Positions 1 through 12,611 of a stretch of DNA of 64,000 nt are shown here, piece after piece. Origin of the DNA: Octopus sinensis (lineage: Eukaryota); assembly GCF_006345805.1 (NCBI RefSeq), contig NC_043005.1, positions 6,262,001 to 6,326,000 on the forward strand. The letters are read 5' to 3'. Numbering within the stretch: position 1 is the first letter of the stretch; each line of letters starts with the position of its first letter. A program made the translations under genes and the position numbers. The notes beneath the pieces are model-generated. The model worked only from the letters and a program-made list of their open reading frames with translations, ran no database searches and was not told the origin of the DNA.

Positions 1-843
1 ATTATCATCATCATCGTCGTCGTCATCATTATCCCAAATATCCTCATCGACATTGTTATTATCACCATCTTTGTTGTTGTCTTTGTAGCCAACATCATCA
101 TCATTGTTGCCATAGCAATCATCATCATTAAAGCAATCGTTACCCCCGTGTTAGATTCTACTTTTTCATGTTTTCATGAATCAGATGAGATTCACTGAGA
201 TTGATTTGCTAAGGCTGGATGCCTTTCCTGTTGCCAACCCTCCCCTGTTTCCAAGCAAGATAATATTTCTTTCTAATCCAGACATGTTTTAAGAGAAGAT
301 TGCAGACAAACGTCCCTGCTTGTAAGACAGTGATGTTTGTTTACAGGCAGCTTTCTTCTCAGTTGCCATCAATCAAATTCTCTCACAAAGCTTTGGTCAA
401 CCTGAGGAGAGACTATAGCAGAAGACACCCATCCAAAATGCTGTATGGTGGGACTGAACCAGAAACCATGTGGTTGCAAAGCATGCCTACACCTATTGCT
501 GACCTTGATTCTTACTAATGGTGATGCATGCAACATCTAGGTTTCCCAAGCAACCATCCAACTTGATGTTGCTTAACTTCAGTGACCAGACAAAAATAGG
601 TGTTTCCATTGTGTTCCCACCATAAGCTCTATTCCTTCTTGTACTGTATTTTTTGTAATTGTATTTTTATTTTGTATTTGTTTTTAATTGTATTGTTTTT
701 ACGGCTTGTTTTTGTCACATTTTTTTCCTTGTTTTTACCCCTCTGCAAAGGAATTTTATTTAATTCTTTCGCAGGAAGGACTAGTTCGATGAGACGTGTT
801 CTGTCCTCACCTTCGAAATACGCTGGAATTGAACTAGGGACAG

Positions 844-1040
844 CTGATGAAGGGGATTTTTCCTTGTGTAGTTGTCTTGTACTCTGTTTTTTCGTTGTTA
901 AAAAAATGGTCCGTTCCATGCTGTTTTTACTTTTTCGTTTCTCGTTGAGTTCTACGTCTATTTGTGGTGTCCTGTACACACGTATATATATTTATATATG
1001 CATGTATATATACATGTAGATGTAGGTACGTACATATATG
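844..1040. repeat. Diverged direct repeat, copy 1 (copy 2 at 1936..2125)
   Basis: Shares CTGANGAAG...TTTTTCCTTGTGT...TGTACTCT...TGGTGTCCTGTAC...GTAGGTACGTACATATATG with 1936..2125. Confidence 0.75.
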
Positions 1041-1157
1041 TTTGTATGTATGCATATATTTTATTTATTACACTATTGTATGACTGAGCGCCCTCGCGTC
1101 GATTCGATTCGTTTCGTTTCTTCTTCTCTAAGCTGGTTTTTATATATATATATATAC

Positions 1158-1188
<31 letters not shown>

Positions 1189-1322
1189 CATATATATATA
1201 CATACATACAAACACACACACACACACACACATATAAATGATGTCTAAGGAAAGGAAAAAAATTGTAAGTGTAGACGAACTTTAATTCAATTCAAATCCA
1301 AGTTGGTAAAGAACCAATATAC

Positions 1323-1406
1323 ATTCTACAAATTGTTTCAGCGTCTAATTCATTCCAAAGATGAAAAACTCTTCATGAAATACCAATTAGATTCCTCATC
1401 AGGAAT
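1323..1406 (-). ncRNA. Type I hammerhead ribozyme candidate with long loop II
   Basis: Minus strand reads ATTC-CTGATGA-GGAATCTAATT...AATTAGACGC-T-GAAAC-AATTT-GTA-GAAT. Stem I ATTC/GAAT, intact core, 7-bp TCTAATT/AATTAGA in stem II, near-palindromic stem III, GUA cleavage triplet. Confidence 0.5.
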
Positions 1407-1610
1407 TACACACTGGGATGAATGATTACGACCAACAAAAATATACAAAGACATTTCGTAGCCCAGACATGAACAAATAAATGAAGGATAACAAGAACGC
1501 CAGATATTCAAAACTAGAAAAATATAAATATATAAACTCAATATTATGGTAAAATTAAACGAAAATAAAAATAAATATAAATTTAAATTAAGCAGAAAAT
1601 GGAGAAGTCT

Positions 1611-1704
1611 TGATCAATAACAACTGACAAACATCGATTATTATTTTTTAATACAAAACTTTATTAAAAAATAATAATCAATATTGGTCAATTGTTGTTG
1701 ATCA
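1611..1704. repeat. AT-rich inverted repeat (43-bp arms, 8-nt loop)
   Basis: TGATCAATAACAACTGACAAACATCGATTATTATTTTTTAATA versus the reverse complement of 1662..1704 differs at 5 positions. Confidence 0.9.
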
Positions 1705-1935
1705 CGATTTCTCTATTGTCTGTTTAATTGAAATTTGATTACTGATAAAATTCTTGTTTATATTTATCCATTGCCTGTATCCTATGAGCATAATATGCTT
1801 GCATATGTATGCCCAGGGTTAACATAAGTAATTCATACCGGTAGTAAAAACGGATATTCTTATCCTCCTTACACGGTTATTCCAACCGCTAACTTTCCTA
1901 ACTTTATATATGTAGAGTAGATGAAACCATGGCGA

Positions 1936-2125
1936 CTGAAGAAGAGGTTTTTTTCCTTGTGTTATTTGTCCTGTACTCTATTTTTTTTTGTTGTTTAAGA
2001 AAAATGTCCAGTTCCTTGGGTTTTTGTCTATGTTTTTGTTTCTCATTGTGTTCAACGTTTTTTTGGTGTCCTGTACTCATATATGCGTGTATATATACAT
2101 GTAGAGGTAGGTACGTACATATATG
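1936..2125. repeat. Diverged direct repeat, copy 2
   Basis: Colinear similarity to 844..1040. Confidence 0.75.
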
Positions 2126-2257
2126 TATATATATATGCATATGTTTTATTTATAAATATATATATATATATATATAAGGATAAGATCGTTATTTAAAATA
2201 CCGACCATATCAAGTGGCTAGCATGAGAATAAAACCTCATAGGTAATAATTATTATT

Positions 2258-2435
2258 AAAATTATAATTAAGGGCATCTAAAAGATACCATCATGCTAGA
2301 TATAGCAGTCAAAACTTGACTCTAGAACCACATCTCTCCTGGTGCTGTATGAATATATGATGTGGTTTTAGAGTCTAGCTTTGACTGCTATATCTAGCAT
2401 GATGGTATCTTTTAGACACCCTTAATTATAATTTT
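2258..2435. mobile_element. MITE / foldback element with ~77-bp inverted arms
   Basis: 2258..2334 and 2359..2435 are near-perfect reverse complements (AAAATTATAATTAAGGG...CCACATC) around a 24-nt spacer. Confidence 0.85.
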
Positions 2436-2679
2436 ATACATACACACACACACACACATCTAAAAGAAGAAGAAAATGGAGATTGGGGAGTAAATAATTG
2501 TTTATTTTTAACAGCAAATTGGTCCTCTTCACTTACAACCGTTTCTATTAATACTCAACAAACATTAAATTTACATTTATGCAACATAAGCATAACATCA
2601 TCAGAGGTAAAAGATGTACCTTTGGATGTTATGTGTGTGTTTGAGAATTCATTTTAGCAGAGTGCTACGTTACATATAC

Positions 2680-3030
2680 AGACGCAGGAGTGGCTGTGTG
2701 GTAAGTAACTTGCTTACCAACCACATGGTTCTGGGTCCAGTCCCACTGCGTGGCACCTTAGGCAAGTGTGTTTTACTATAGCCACAGGCAAACCAAAGCC
2801 TTGATAGACGGAAACAGAAAGAAGCCTGTCGTATATGTGTGTGTATGTGCTTGTTTCCCCACCATCACTTGACAACCAATGTTGGTGTGTTTACGTGCCT
2901 GTGACTTAGTGGTTTGGCAAAAGTGACCGATAGAATAAGTAGTAGGCTTACAAAGAATAAGTCCTGTGGTCAATTACTAAAGGTGGTGCTCCAGCATGAC
3001 CATAGTCAAATGGCTGAAATAAATAAAAGA
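2680..3030 (+). mobile_element. tRNA-derived SINE family A (CORE-like centre), full-length copy
   Basis: Head GCAGGAGTGGCTGTGTGGTAAG...GGTCCAGTCCC (A/B-box-like), CACCTTAGGCAAGTG (CORE-like), tail GACTGAAACAAGTAAAAGA-like. Further copies near 190-495(-), 3063-3470, 4990-5525, 13922, 16090(-), 21645-21990(-), 25205-25545, 38650/40330(-), 53490-53900 and 61655-62030. Confidence 0.85.
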
Positions 3031-4054
3031 ATATATATATATATATATATATAAAGAGGTGACACAGGCATGGCTGTGTGGTTAAGAAGCTTATTTCTCA
3101 ATCACACGATTTCAGGTTCTGTCCCACTGAATGGCACTTTGGATAAGTGTTTTCTGCCGTAGCTTCAGGGTTTGTTAGTAGATTTGGCAGACAGAAACTG
3201 GAAGAAGCCTGTATGTGTAAGAGAGTGTGTGTGTCTGTGTGCGCATGTGTGTGTGTGTGTGTGTCTGTTTGTCTGTCTGTCTGTCTCATTGTTATGACAT
3301 CACAATAGTTGCAAAAGAGCACCATTGGGCCACAAGTGGAGTGATTCATTTCCAAACATTTCGTTGCTTGGCAACAGGTCAAGGTTGGGAAGAGGAACAA
3401 CACCTTGGCTGTAGAAAATCTACCTTAATGAATTCCATCTGACCAATGCAAACCTGGAGCAACATGAAATAAAATGTTTTGTTCTATAAAACAACAAACC
3501 ACCAGGCCTGGGGATTGAAACCACAAGCCCATGATCATAAGCGCAACATTTCCTTGCAAGCCTGGCAAAGTGGACACTAAAACAATGAGGAATGATCAGC
3601 CTTGTTGCTCTCCTTCCTTAATTCCTCACCCACCCCACCCTTCTTCCCCTTTCCCATAATCCAAGTCTGCAACTTCAACTCCATTACATCTTCCATTATT
3701 GATATTCCCTTCCTTATGAAGGTTGCCATTTCCTCCTCTAAGTTGACACATCTTTCCTTGGGTGGCTGCCATCTTCTCGATCACACACTAGCGCCAAACA
3801 ACCAGTCAGTAGCAAGCCAAATTCCCATCTGTTATGATTTGCATGAAGACTTTTGTTCCGGTACTTTCCAAAATAAAATTGCTCTCTTCATTTGGCAGGT
3901 TTTCTTTTTTTCTCTCTCTTTTCCTTTCTGTGTTTTGTAACTTATAAAAAAAAATAATCCTTCTCCACCATCTTATAAATGGTAAAACCTGTTAAATAAC
4001 AGGTTTCTACACTAGAACAAGAAGGAAAATTTCTTTGGTGGAGGAAATGGTCAA

Positions 4055-4282
4055 TTAACCCTTTAGCATTCAGATTAAGCTATCAAATGGAATGCTTGTT
4101 TATCCATATTTTTTTTAATTAATCATGTAGCATCTTGTAGCTTCAAGATTTTGAAGATGTGATTGTTTATTTTTAGAATGACTTTGTAGGCTAGGTGTGA
4201 GAGGTTGGATCTGGTCAGTTTTAACATAAAATAAAAAGAATATTTGGGTCAGATATGGCCAGTTTAAATGCTAAAGGGTTAA
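4055..4282. mobile_element. piggyBac-like MITE
   Basis: TTAA|CCCTTTAGCATT ... AATGCTAAAGGG|TTAA: 12-bp TIRs starting CCCT and a TTAA target duplication. Confidence 0.85.
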
Positions 4283-5980
4283 ATCAACCCCCATTCATGA
4301 CTGGTATTTATTTTATCAACTCCATAAAGATGAAATGAAGATACATGACCAAGTGGTTAAAGTGTTGCACTCATGATCGTGGGTTGTGGGTTTGATTTCC
4401 ATGATCGTGGGTTGTGGGTTTGATTTAAACTGTGTTGTGTTATTGAACAAAACATTTCATTTCGTGTTGATCCAGGCCATTCAGCAGTAATTGATTTCCA
4501 GCAGTAGTTGGGAAGTTAACCCTGTGGGGGACTGGTGCCTTGTTTGAAGGGGAGAAACCATGAAAACTGGACAAAGTTCTGGTCTTTTGAGGCCTAAGGC
4601 TCTGGACAGATCTAATCCTAAGTTTATGAAAATGACAGGCCAAGTAGAAACCAGGTTGGATTTGAACCCACAAGAAAAACAGACTTAGCGCTAAACACAG
4701 CATACCATTTGGCTTGCTGGTCTTTCCATACAAAGCAACTCTGTTAGAGAATATTTGTGAAGAAGTTTATTGAATTGACCCAAATACAACAAAGTACAAA
4801 GTAGCTTTAGTGGAATTTAACATAAGGGTTTGCAAAGAAACAGAATACTCTAAGGCATCAAGTCTTGTACCCAGCTGTGTCTACATTCCACTAAGTGAAG
4901 GTGCAGAGTTTATGGGTTAGGGTGTTTGGTTTGCAATTGTAAGGCCGTGAGTTCGATTCCCAGTGGTGCATGGTGTTCTTGAGCAACAGAATAAGTGCAG
5001 ATTGGTTGTGTGGTTAAGAAGTTCACCTCCCAACCACATGGTTATGGGTTCAGACCCACTGCATTCTATTTTGAACAAGTGTCTTCTACTACAGCCTCGG
5101 GCTGACAACAGCTATGTGGGTGGGTTTGATAGATGGAACTCAAAGTAGCCTGCCATACACACATTCATGCACACACACACATGCATGCACACACACACAC
5201 ACACGCATGCACACACACACACATGCACACACACACACACACACACACATATGTGTGTGTATTTCTATCTTGACATCACATGGCTGTTGTAAATGAGCAC
5301 CACCACCTCACAAACGGTGTGGTTCATTTCCAGTCTGCCATGGAAACATGTTCAGTCATGGGGAAATATTACCTTACTTGGAAACAAGGGTTGGGAACAG
5401 GAAAAGCATCCAGCTGTTGAAAACTTGCTTGAGCAGTAGGAGACTTGTTTGTGTGGGCCTCATTACACGTGGCCCATACAAGCCGAGAAGAGTGGACAGT
5501 AAAACGACGAGAACGATGATGATAAGGAGGAGGAGTGGGAGGAGAGGAAATTCGAGCTTAGAACAACTAATTATTACTAATCATTTAATCAGACCCAACT
5601 CCTTTGTTCCTATCATTTTAATTACCATTTGTAATGATGAGTCCTTACATTGATACAGGGGCCACACATTTATACAGAGAAAGTTCATAGTTGATTCCAT
5701 TAGCACTCCTATATTTTACTGGTATTTATTTTATGAAATCCTGAAGAGATGAATGCCAAGACTGACCTCAAGTGGGATTTGAACATAAAGAGCCCAGTTA
5801 AATACTACAAGGCATATACACCAACATTCTACTGATTCTATACAGAACCACCACCACCACCACTATTACCACTGCTACAACTACTACAATCAACAACAAG
5901 TATCAAAGGTAAAAATAAAAGAAAAAGAAAAATGCCACAATATATAAAATATACAAAATAATGAAGTGTTTCTTTCCCAG

Positions 5981-6206
5981 AAGTATTTAAAACAGATGGC
6001 AGATTTCAATGTGTTGAATTCTATAGACTCAAGTTGTTTTTACCGATTCTTTCTATTCCTGCTGCTTCCAGTAAAACAGAAAAGTTATTTCTTAGACTGG
6101 AATGTGTGAAGATTCAAATGTGTGTTAGTCATGCATTTGCCAATCCTAAGCAAAAAAGGATTTTTGCAAGAAACCTGATACGAAGCTACTTTATGATAAT
6201 AAAGAG
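5981..6206 (+). CDS. Candidate internal exon, unknown product
   Basis: TTTCTTTCCCAG| acceptor, 74 stop-free codons (VFKTDGRFQCVEFYRLKLFLP...RSYFMIIK), GAG|GTAAAT donor. No homology recognised. Confidence 0.3.
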
Positions 6207-7221
6207 GTAAATAGAGTGACTAATGACTTTTCTTCGGCGTAAAATAAATCATTGTAATCACCATCACCATTTAATGTCCATGTCCAGTTCTGGCCTGGGT
6301 TGGATAATTTGAAAAGACCTCTGAAAGGTCCAAGAACTGTATCATGCTTCAGTACCTGCTCTGGCATCGTTTCTATGGCTGGATGTCCTTCCTAATGCCA
6401 ACCACTTCACAGAGCACTATGTGCTCTTTTTCTTGTGGCACCAGCACTAGTGAGGTTGCTATATAACTAGCAAGGATAAGGCCCTCTTCAACATAAGAGT
6501 GGGGCGTAGCTTCATGGTGGGAGATGTGAGATTAAAGTATGAAAGAAGGGACTAGAACAGAACCAGTTTCTTGCTGTTGAGGAGTGACGTGGCTTCTCGG
6601 CTTCTAGAAAGGAGGATGTGAGTGCCTGGGCTGGAACTGGAAAGGGAGATAAAATAGCAGTGATGGGGTATCAGGGTGGCATCTCAAGGTACAAGGTGAA
6701 CAGAAGTGTAGGAGCAGGAGAACAGGAAGTGTAAGTGGGGGGAGGCAGAGGTTGCAGAAGTGAATGGGAGAGTGAGAGAAGATTGGAAATAGGGAGTAGG
6801 TGTGAGAGTGAATATAAGGAAGAAAACCATTGAGGGGTGATAAGTAGGGGGGGGGGAGAAAAAAAGGAAGGGGTGAGAGGAGTGAAATGAAAAATGGGAA
6901 TATATTTCCATAATTTTCTTTAATTACTTTTAAAAATAAAAGCTTTTAGAATGTTTTCTAGCAATTAGTTAGGAATGCACAATGCACAGGTAATTCAATC
7001 ACCGCAACACAATGACAACCACTGCTGCTGTTGGTTGCCATAATGAATGCTGGTCGGAAGAATGAATGTTTTTACGATTCTCTTCCATTTGGCATAATAC
7101 ACACATTATTTCAGAAATAACACCAAACGTAAAGAAGCCTGCCAACAAGGACATTCCTTATAAGTTACTTGACCTGCTAAATAAAGCAGCCAAATTTCTT
7201 TTCAAAAATATGTTTATGTAT

Positions 7222-7592
7222 TTTACTCTTTTACTTGTTTCAGTCATTTGACTGTGGCCATGCTGGAGCACTGCCTTTAGTTGAGCAAATTGACCTCAGG
7301 ACTTATTCTTTGTAAGCCTAGTACTTATTCTATTGGTCTCTTTTGCTGAACCGCTAGATTACGGGGACGTAAACACACCACCATCAGTTGTCAAGTGGGG
7401 GACAAACACAGACATATAAACATATATATATATACACAATGGGCTTCTTTCAGTTTCCATCTGCCAAATCTACTCACAAGGCTTTGGTCGGCTCAAGGCT
7501 ATAGTAGAAGACACTTGTCCAAGGTGCCAGGCAGTGGGAATGAACCCAGAACCATGTGGTTGGTAAGCAAGCTACTTACCACACAGCCACTC
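7222..7592 (-). mobile_element. SINE family A copy (CpG-decayed)
   Basis: Reverse complement of the 2680..3030 family, from tail to head. Confidence 0.9.
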
Positions 7593-8083
7593 TTGAGCCC
7601 AACAAACAAACAAAAAAAACCGGGGAACAGAAAAGACGAAGACAATGTGTTTATACTGAAAATCTTAAACAGTATTATAGATAAGAGAAGGAAGCAATCC
7701 ACCCCAGGTGATATGATCCAAAAGGTCTGACGACTGCATGGTACTCCAATGCTTGCTTTGGAATGGTTTCTGTGTCTTGTTGCCCTTCCTAATGCCAACC
7801 ACTTTACAGAATGTAGAATGTGCTCTTTTTCCAGTGGCATCAGCACTGGTAATGTTATCCCGTATCTTACGAGACTAAGATCTCGTTTGACACTAGAGAA
7901 GGGTGGCACTTTTGGATCTGCTGTATAAACCTGCATAAAGTAGAGGATCCAGGGTAAAGGGGACAGAAAACTCAAGGACTTCTCCAGGGAGCACATACTC
8001 TAGCTATGTCACTGATCTTAAATCTTAAAACCATGTTTCACAAAAATAATGAAACAAACATGGTTCCTAAACAAATGGAATCA

Positions 8084-8172
8084 TCATCACCATCATCACC
8101 ACCACCACCAACACCACCATCACCACCACCACCACCACCAACACCAACACCACCATCATCATCATCATCATT
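8084..8172. repeat. (CAC/CAT)n trinucleotide microsatellite
   Basis: Direct observation; explains the poly-His ORF 8049..8327. Confidence 0.95.
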
Positions 8173-8592
8173 ATTGTTTTGATGTCTACTTTTTCGTGCA
8201 TACATGGCTCAAATCAACTTTGCTGAAGCAGATTTTCTATGGGGCCGGATACCCTTTCATGTCACCAACCCTCACTTTTACCCAGGCAACAAAATATTTC
8301 CCCATGACCAGACATGTTTTCGTATAAGGTTGGCAACAAATAATCCTGTTTATATGTTAGTTCTGCTCAACCAGCACCGGATCAGGTGCAGTATGTTTCT
8401 GTGCAGGTGCTTTCTTTTTTTTTTTAACATATGTACTCAAGATGGCCATTGTGTGTGTGTGTATCTCCTTGTCTTGACATCATGTGATAGTTCTAAATAA
8501 GAGTCTCTTGTCACACAAACAGTATTGTTTATTTCCAGTCTCTTGAAATATTTCCTTGCCTGGAAATAGGTAAAGTTTGGCCACAGGAAGAG

Positions 8593-8808
8593 TTACTGTA
8601 TTTTTGTTGAGATGCTCTGTGTTTCTTTAAATTACTTTAAATATAACAAAGAATTTAGTAAAATAACTTAGTTATCCTTCAGCTAGTGTTAGGAACATAA
8701 ATTGTGACTAAGGTTTGGTGGAAGATTTTAATTCAAAACTTATGAAAACCAGACATTTGTACTGCAGAGCCAGAGCTGGTTGCAGCCGGGCTGGTAATGA
8801 AAGGGTTG
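8593..8808. mobile_element. piggyBac-like MITE family 2 (degenerate)
   Basis: Ends TGGTAATGAAAGGGTT; body colinear with 13035..13653 and 19589..21429. Confidence 0.6.
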
Positions 8809-9821
8809 ATGAATTCCAGCAGAGCCATGCAAGTATGGAAAAGGGGATGTTATGATGATGATGACTAACACTTCTGCCAGTTCACCATTCCTAGTAGCAA
8901 CAATAATAATAACGGTTTCAAATTTGGGGGGGGGCATTTACATCGATCCCAGTTCTCAACAGGAATTTACATTATTGACCCCAAAAGGATGAAATGCAAA
9001 GTGGACCTCAGGGGAATTTGAACACAGAGCATAAAGATGGATAGAATGCCTCTAAGCATTTCACCTCGTGTGCTAATGATTCAGCCAGATTTCCACCTCA
9101 ACAACAACAACAACAACAATAGTAACAATAACAACAACAGCAACAACAACAATAACACTGTAATAACAGCAGCAACAACAACCACAATAACAACAAAAGC
9201 AAACATAGACACACACATACAAAAAAACAGCTTTGACTAGAAACTACTCCAAGGATTACTTTCGTCATCGTTAATGTGAGCCAAGAAAAATATAATGATA
9301 AAAATGGGAAATGAAAGGTGCAAAAACAAAAAGGTAGAAAGAGAAAGAAACGGCACTGAGAGGTTTCTTTTAGTTACAGACAATTCTTCATTTCTTTTGG
9401 AATGAGCTTAAACACAGAATCTAGAAAGTCTAGGAATGAATCATTCTTGTTTTCCACATAGGAAGAAAATCATTTTTTCTCGTCAAATATATATTTTTCT
9501 TTTTTATGCTATTAATTAGTCATCACCTGGTCAAGCTTGCTCGGCTATTTTTAACCCATGCACACAATTCATCTCAGTCCTACTTTACAACAGGGAGGCC
9601 TTTGGGGAGGCATCCGGAGCCTCTGTTAGGTTGATCTACATACATTGTGTTTGGATGACCAGCTTGAGTCATGCTTTGGCTTCCATAGCAATTGTTAGCT
9701 CTTGTTTAGCTCTTGTTTGGCTCACCTGCAATGTCCTGCAAAGCACCTTTCCCTTATAACGTTGGAAACAGGCAGGAGATCTCCATACAGCTGTTTTTTG
9801 GTAGGATGATTCCTCCAAGAT

Positions 9822-10150
9822 CATCATCATCATCATTGTTTAATGTCCATTTCCCATGCTGGCATGGGTTGGACGGTTTGACTGAGGGCTGGCAAGCCAG
9901 AAGGCTGCACCAGGCTCCAATCTGATCTGGCAAAGTTTCCACAGCTGGATGCCCTTCCTAACACCAACCACTCTGAGTGTGTAGCGGGTGCTTTTTACAT
10001 ACCACTGGCATGAGGGCCAGTTGGGTGCCACTGTCATTGGCCACAACAATGACTTCACTTGACACAACAGGTCTTTGCAAGTGCAGTTTATTGCCCAATG
10101 ATTGAAGGGTGCTCTTAAATGGGCCGGTTATGCTGCACTGGAATAGGCCA
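9822..10150 (-). mobile_element. SINE/LINE-tail family D with (GAT)n tail
   Basis: CATCATCATC...TTTAATGTCCATTTCCCATGCTGGCATGGGTTGGACGG...CAGCTGGATGCCCTTCCTAACACCAACCACTC. Other copies near 6270, 7720, 17625, 18002, 24452, 28320, 30228 and 36995. Confidence 0.85.
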
Positions 10151-10158
10151 CAGTTAAA

Positions 10159-10386
10159 ACTGAAAAGGATGTAAAAACTTGGACAACCAAAGCATGGTTA
10201 GCCCTAAACAAACAGGATGTTGTCTGGAAATCAACCCTATCAGACAAACCTTAAGAGGAATTTTTTCCATGCAACAGTAGAATCAAATCATTTATATGGA
10301 ACAACAGTCTGGACACTTACCAAAAAACTGGAATCCAAGCTAGATGGAACTTACACCTGAATGTCAAGAGAAGTCTTGAACATCTA
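10159..10386 (+). pseudogene. RTE/RTE-X-like LINE ORF fragment (post-RT region)
   Basis: TEKDVKTWTTKAWLALNKQDVVWKSTLSDK / KRNFFHATVESNHLYGTTVWTLTKKLESKLDGTYT*MSREVLNI, with a frameshift and a stop; matches the RTE post-RT pattern ATVES.LLYG.E.WTLT. Confidence 0.8.
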
Positions 10387-11194
10387 ATTATTAAATTAAG
10401 ACTGATAATACTTTTAAATTGATGGAGTTGCTTAAAAAACCGTAAAAGAAATGTTGCTAAGCATCTGGTCCAGTGTTCTAATAATTCTGTCAGCTCACCA
10501 CCTTAATAGTAATAATAATTGATTTGAACCCCAAATGAAGGTCACTTGCACAGCAAGTGTTCCATTGTGTAGCATGGAAATTTGGGGTCAAAACCCCCTT
10601 TAGATAAAAAAAAATAAATAAAGCTGATGGCTGCCTGTAGGGTAGGGACTCACATCTTCTGTAAACATGACAGATGTTCTACAGTTGGACCAAAGCAATC
10701 CTTTGAATTTTTCTTTCCAAAGGGAATTTTTGACACAATACTTACATGTTATTATTTATAGCTTTATCTACTTCAAGTTTCAATGTTACAAATGAAATAA
10801 TATATGTATTTTTTTTTTTTTGTTATTGTTAATTGCACTTAGATAAACCGGTGGGTTGGCAGGATCATTAAAGCATTACAGATATTCATCCTGGATCTTG
10901 TGTTTTGATTTCAAATCCTGCCAATATCAGCTTTGCCTTTCATTCTTTTGGGGGTCAATAAAATGAAGTATCAATGAAGTAGTGGGCTTGATGTAATCAA
11001 TTAACTCCCTCCCATCAAAACAGGCCTTGGACTTAAACCAGAAGTCACTCTTAGCGTTTCCATGACTGAATATCTGGATCCCATGCACTCTGGTCTGACC
11101 CATGCAAGTGGGGTAAAGTAAGCATAGCAAATGATCATTATGATGATGATGATGGTGATTATATATTTCATCTCATATACAACATAAAAAACAC

Positions 11195-11568
11195 CATCCG
11201 AACATAGTCGATGCCAGTGCCCCATGACTGGCTGACTCCTGTGCTGGTGGCATGTAAAAAGCACCATCTGAATGTGGTCGATGCTAGTGCCCCATGACTG
11301 ATTCCCATGCCAGTGGCACATAAAGAGCACCATCCGAACATGGTCAATGCCAGTGCCGCCTCACTGGCCTCTGTGCCAATGGCACATAAAAAGCACCCAC
11401 TACACTCTTGGAGTGGTTGGCATTAGTAAGGGCACCCAGCTGTAGGAACCTTACCAGATCAGATTGGAGCCCGGTGTAGCCTCCTGACTTGCCAGTCCTC
11501 AGTCAAACCATCCAACCCATGCCAGTATGGAAAGCAGACGTTAAACGATAATGATGATGATGATGATG
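11195..11568 (+). mobile_element. Family D copy with three ~60-65-bp internal tandem units
   Basis: AAAAAGCACCATC...TGGCAC units repeated three times, then the conserved 3' end and GATGAT tail. Confidence 0.9.
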
Positions 11569-11748
11569 ATATATATATATATCTTTGTAAAGGGGTAGCC
11601 TACATTAGATATTTTTCTTTATATATTTAACGTGATATCTTCTACAATAAACACAAGTATATAAAATACCTTTCTATGAACAGCAAAACAGTTAACAAGA
11701 TGCAATCTGGTTCTTTTTTTGTTGTTGTTGCTTTTTTTTCTGTTACAG

Positions 11749-11784
11749 TTCATGCTTCACTGCAGCAAACAACCGTTAGATAAG
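11749..11784 (+). CDS. Candidate 36-nt exon (FMLHCSKQPLDK)
   Basis: TTTTTTTTCTGTTACAG| strong acceptor, AAG|GTGAGA donor, length a multiple of 3, one open frame. Confidence 0.35.
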
Positions 11785-12109
11785 GTGAGACATACACTGA
11801 AGAAACCGATAGCAGTAACATCTATAAAAATATATTCCACGAGATAACTGTAAGAATCTGTGACATAACTAGACTAGTGGAACAGATAAAAAGCAGAAAC
11901 CAGGGACAACTTCAAATATAACACACTAACATCACAGAGAACAAAGATAAACTAAACACCTACCAACAAAATTAAGAAATACCAAAAGAAATAAACAAAC
12001 ATAAAAGGTGGGATGCTGAAAAGTCAGAGATACTTGTTTTCAATATCAGCAATAAAAAAGCCACAAACATTACATAGAGTAATGGGCAACATCAAGAACT
12101 CTGTCCTAT

Positions 12110-12378
12110 ATTTAAGAGATGAGGAATTATTTACATTATTTACATTTGACGGATATTTGTCCTCATCTTGTTTGTTGTTAACACAATGTTTCGGCTGAGA
12201 TACCCTCCAGCCTTCATCAGGTGTTTTGGGGAAATTTCGAACCTGGGTTCTCATTTTTAAGGTATTTTTCGATGTTATTATTGCTATTATTATTATTCAG
12301 GTCACTGCCTGGAATCGAACTCAGAATCTTAGGGTTAGTAGCCCGTGCTCTTAACCTCTACACCAAATGCCCGTGGGC
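12110..12378 (-). mobile_element. tRNA-headed SINE-like family E carrying a hammerhead ribozyme
   Basis: Minus strand: tRNA-like head (GTAGAGGTTAAGAGC...GAGTTCGATTCC), (AAT)n linker, hammerhead, tail; homologous to 28595..29048. Confidence 0.85.
12180..12225 (-). ncRNA. Minimal type I hammerhead ribozyme (family E, one stem III mutation)
   Basis: AACAC-CTGATGA-A-GGCTG(loop)CAGCC-GAAAC-ATT-GTGTT. 5-bp stem I, 5-bp stem II; G16.2 appears mutated to A. Confidence 0.7.
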
Positions 12379-12611
12379 GTATGATTAGGAGCATATAATA
12401 TCAAGTTATTAGGGCCAATAAGAAATAAGTTTTAGTAGGGAGCTTAAGGAGCCAAAGTAAGGACCAGTGGCTATCTACTCTTTTAAAAAACAAAATGCCA
12501 CAGTCTGTTTCTACGACTCATTTTAGCTGAGTTTAGAGAGGAGCCCTTCTACCTCAGGCACAAACATGCTCTTGTGTTCTCCTACAAATTTTATTTTATT
12601 TTTTCTCTATT

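Noticed and set aside
600-1019. 139-aa and 116-aa antiparallel ORFs
   Set aside because: Low-complexity T-rich/A-rich sequence that overlaps a non-coding direct repeat.
8049-8327. Poly-His, poly-Lys/Leu/Ser, CVCV and YIYI ORFs throughout the track
   Set aside because: They are translations of microsatellites, with no splice or homology support.
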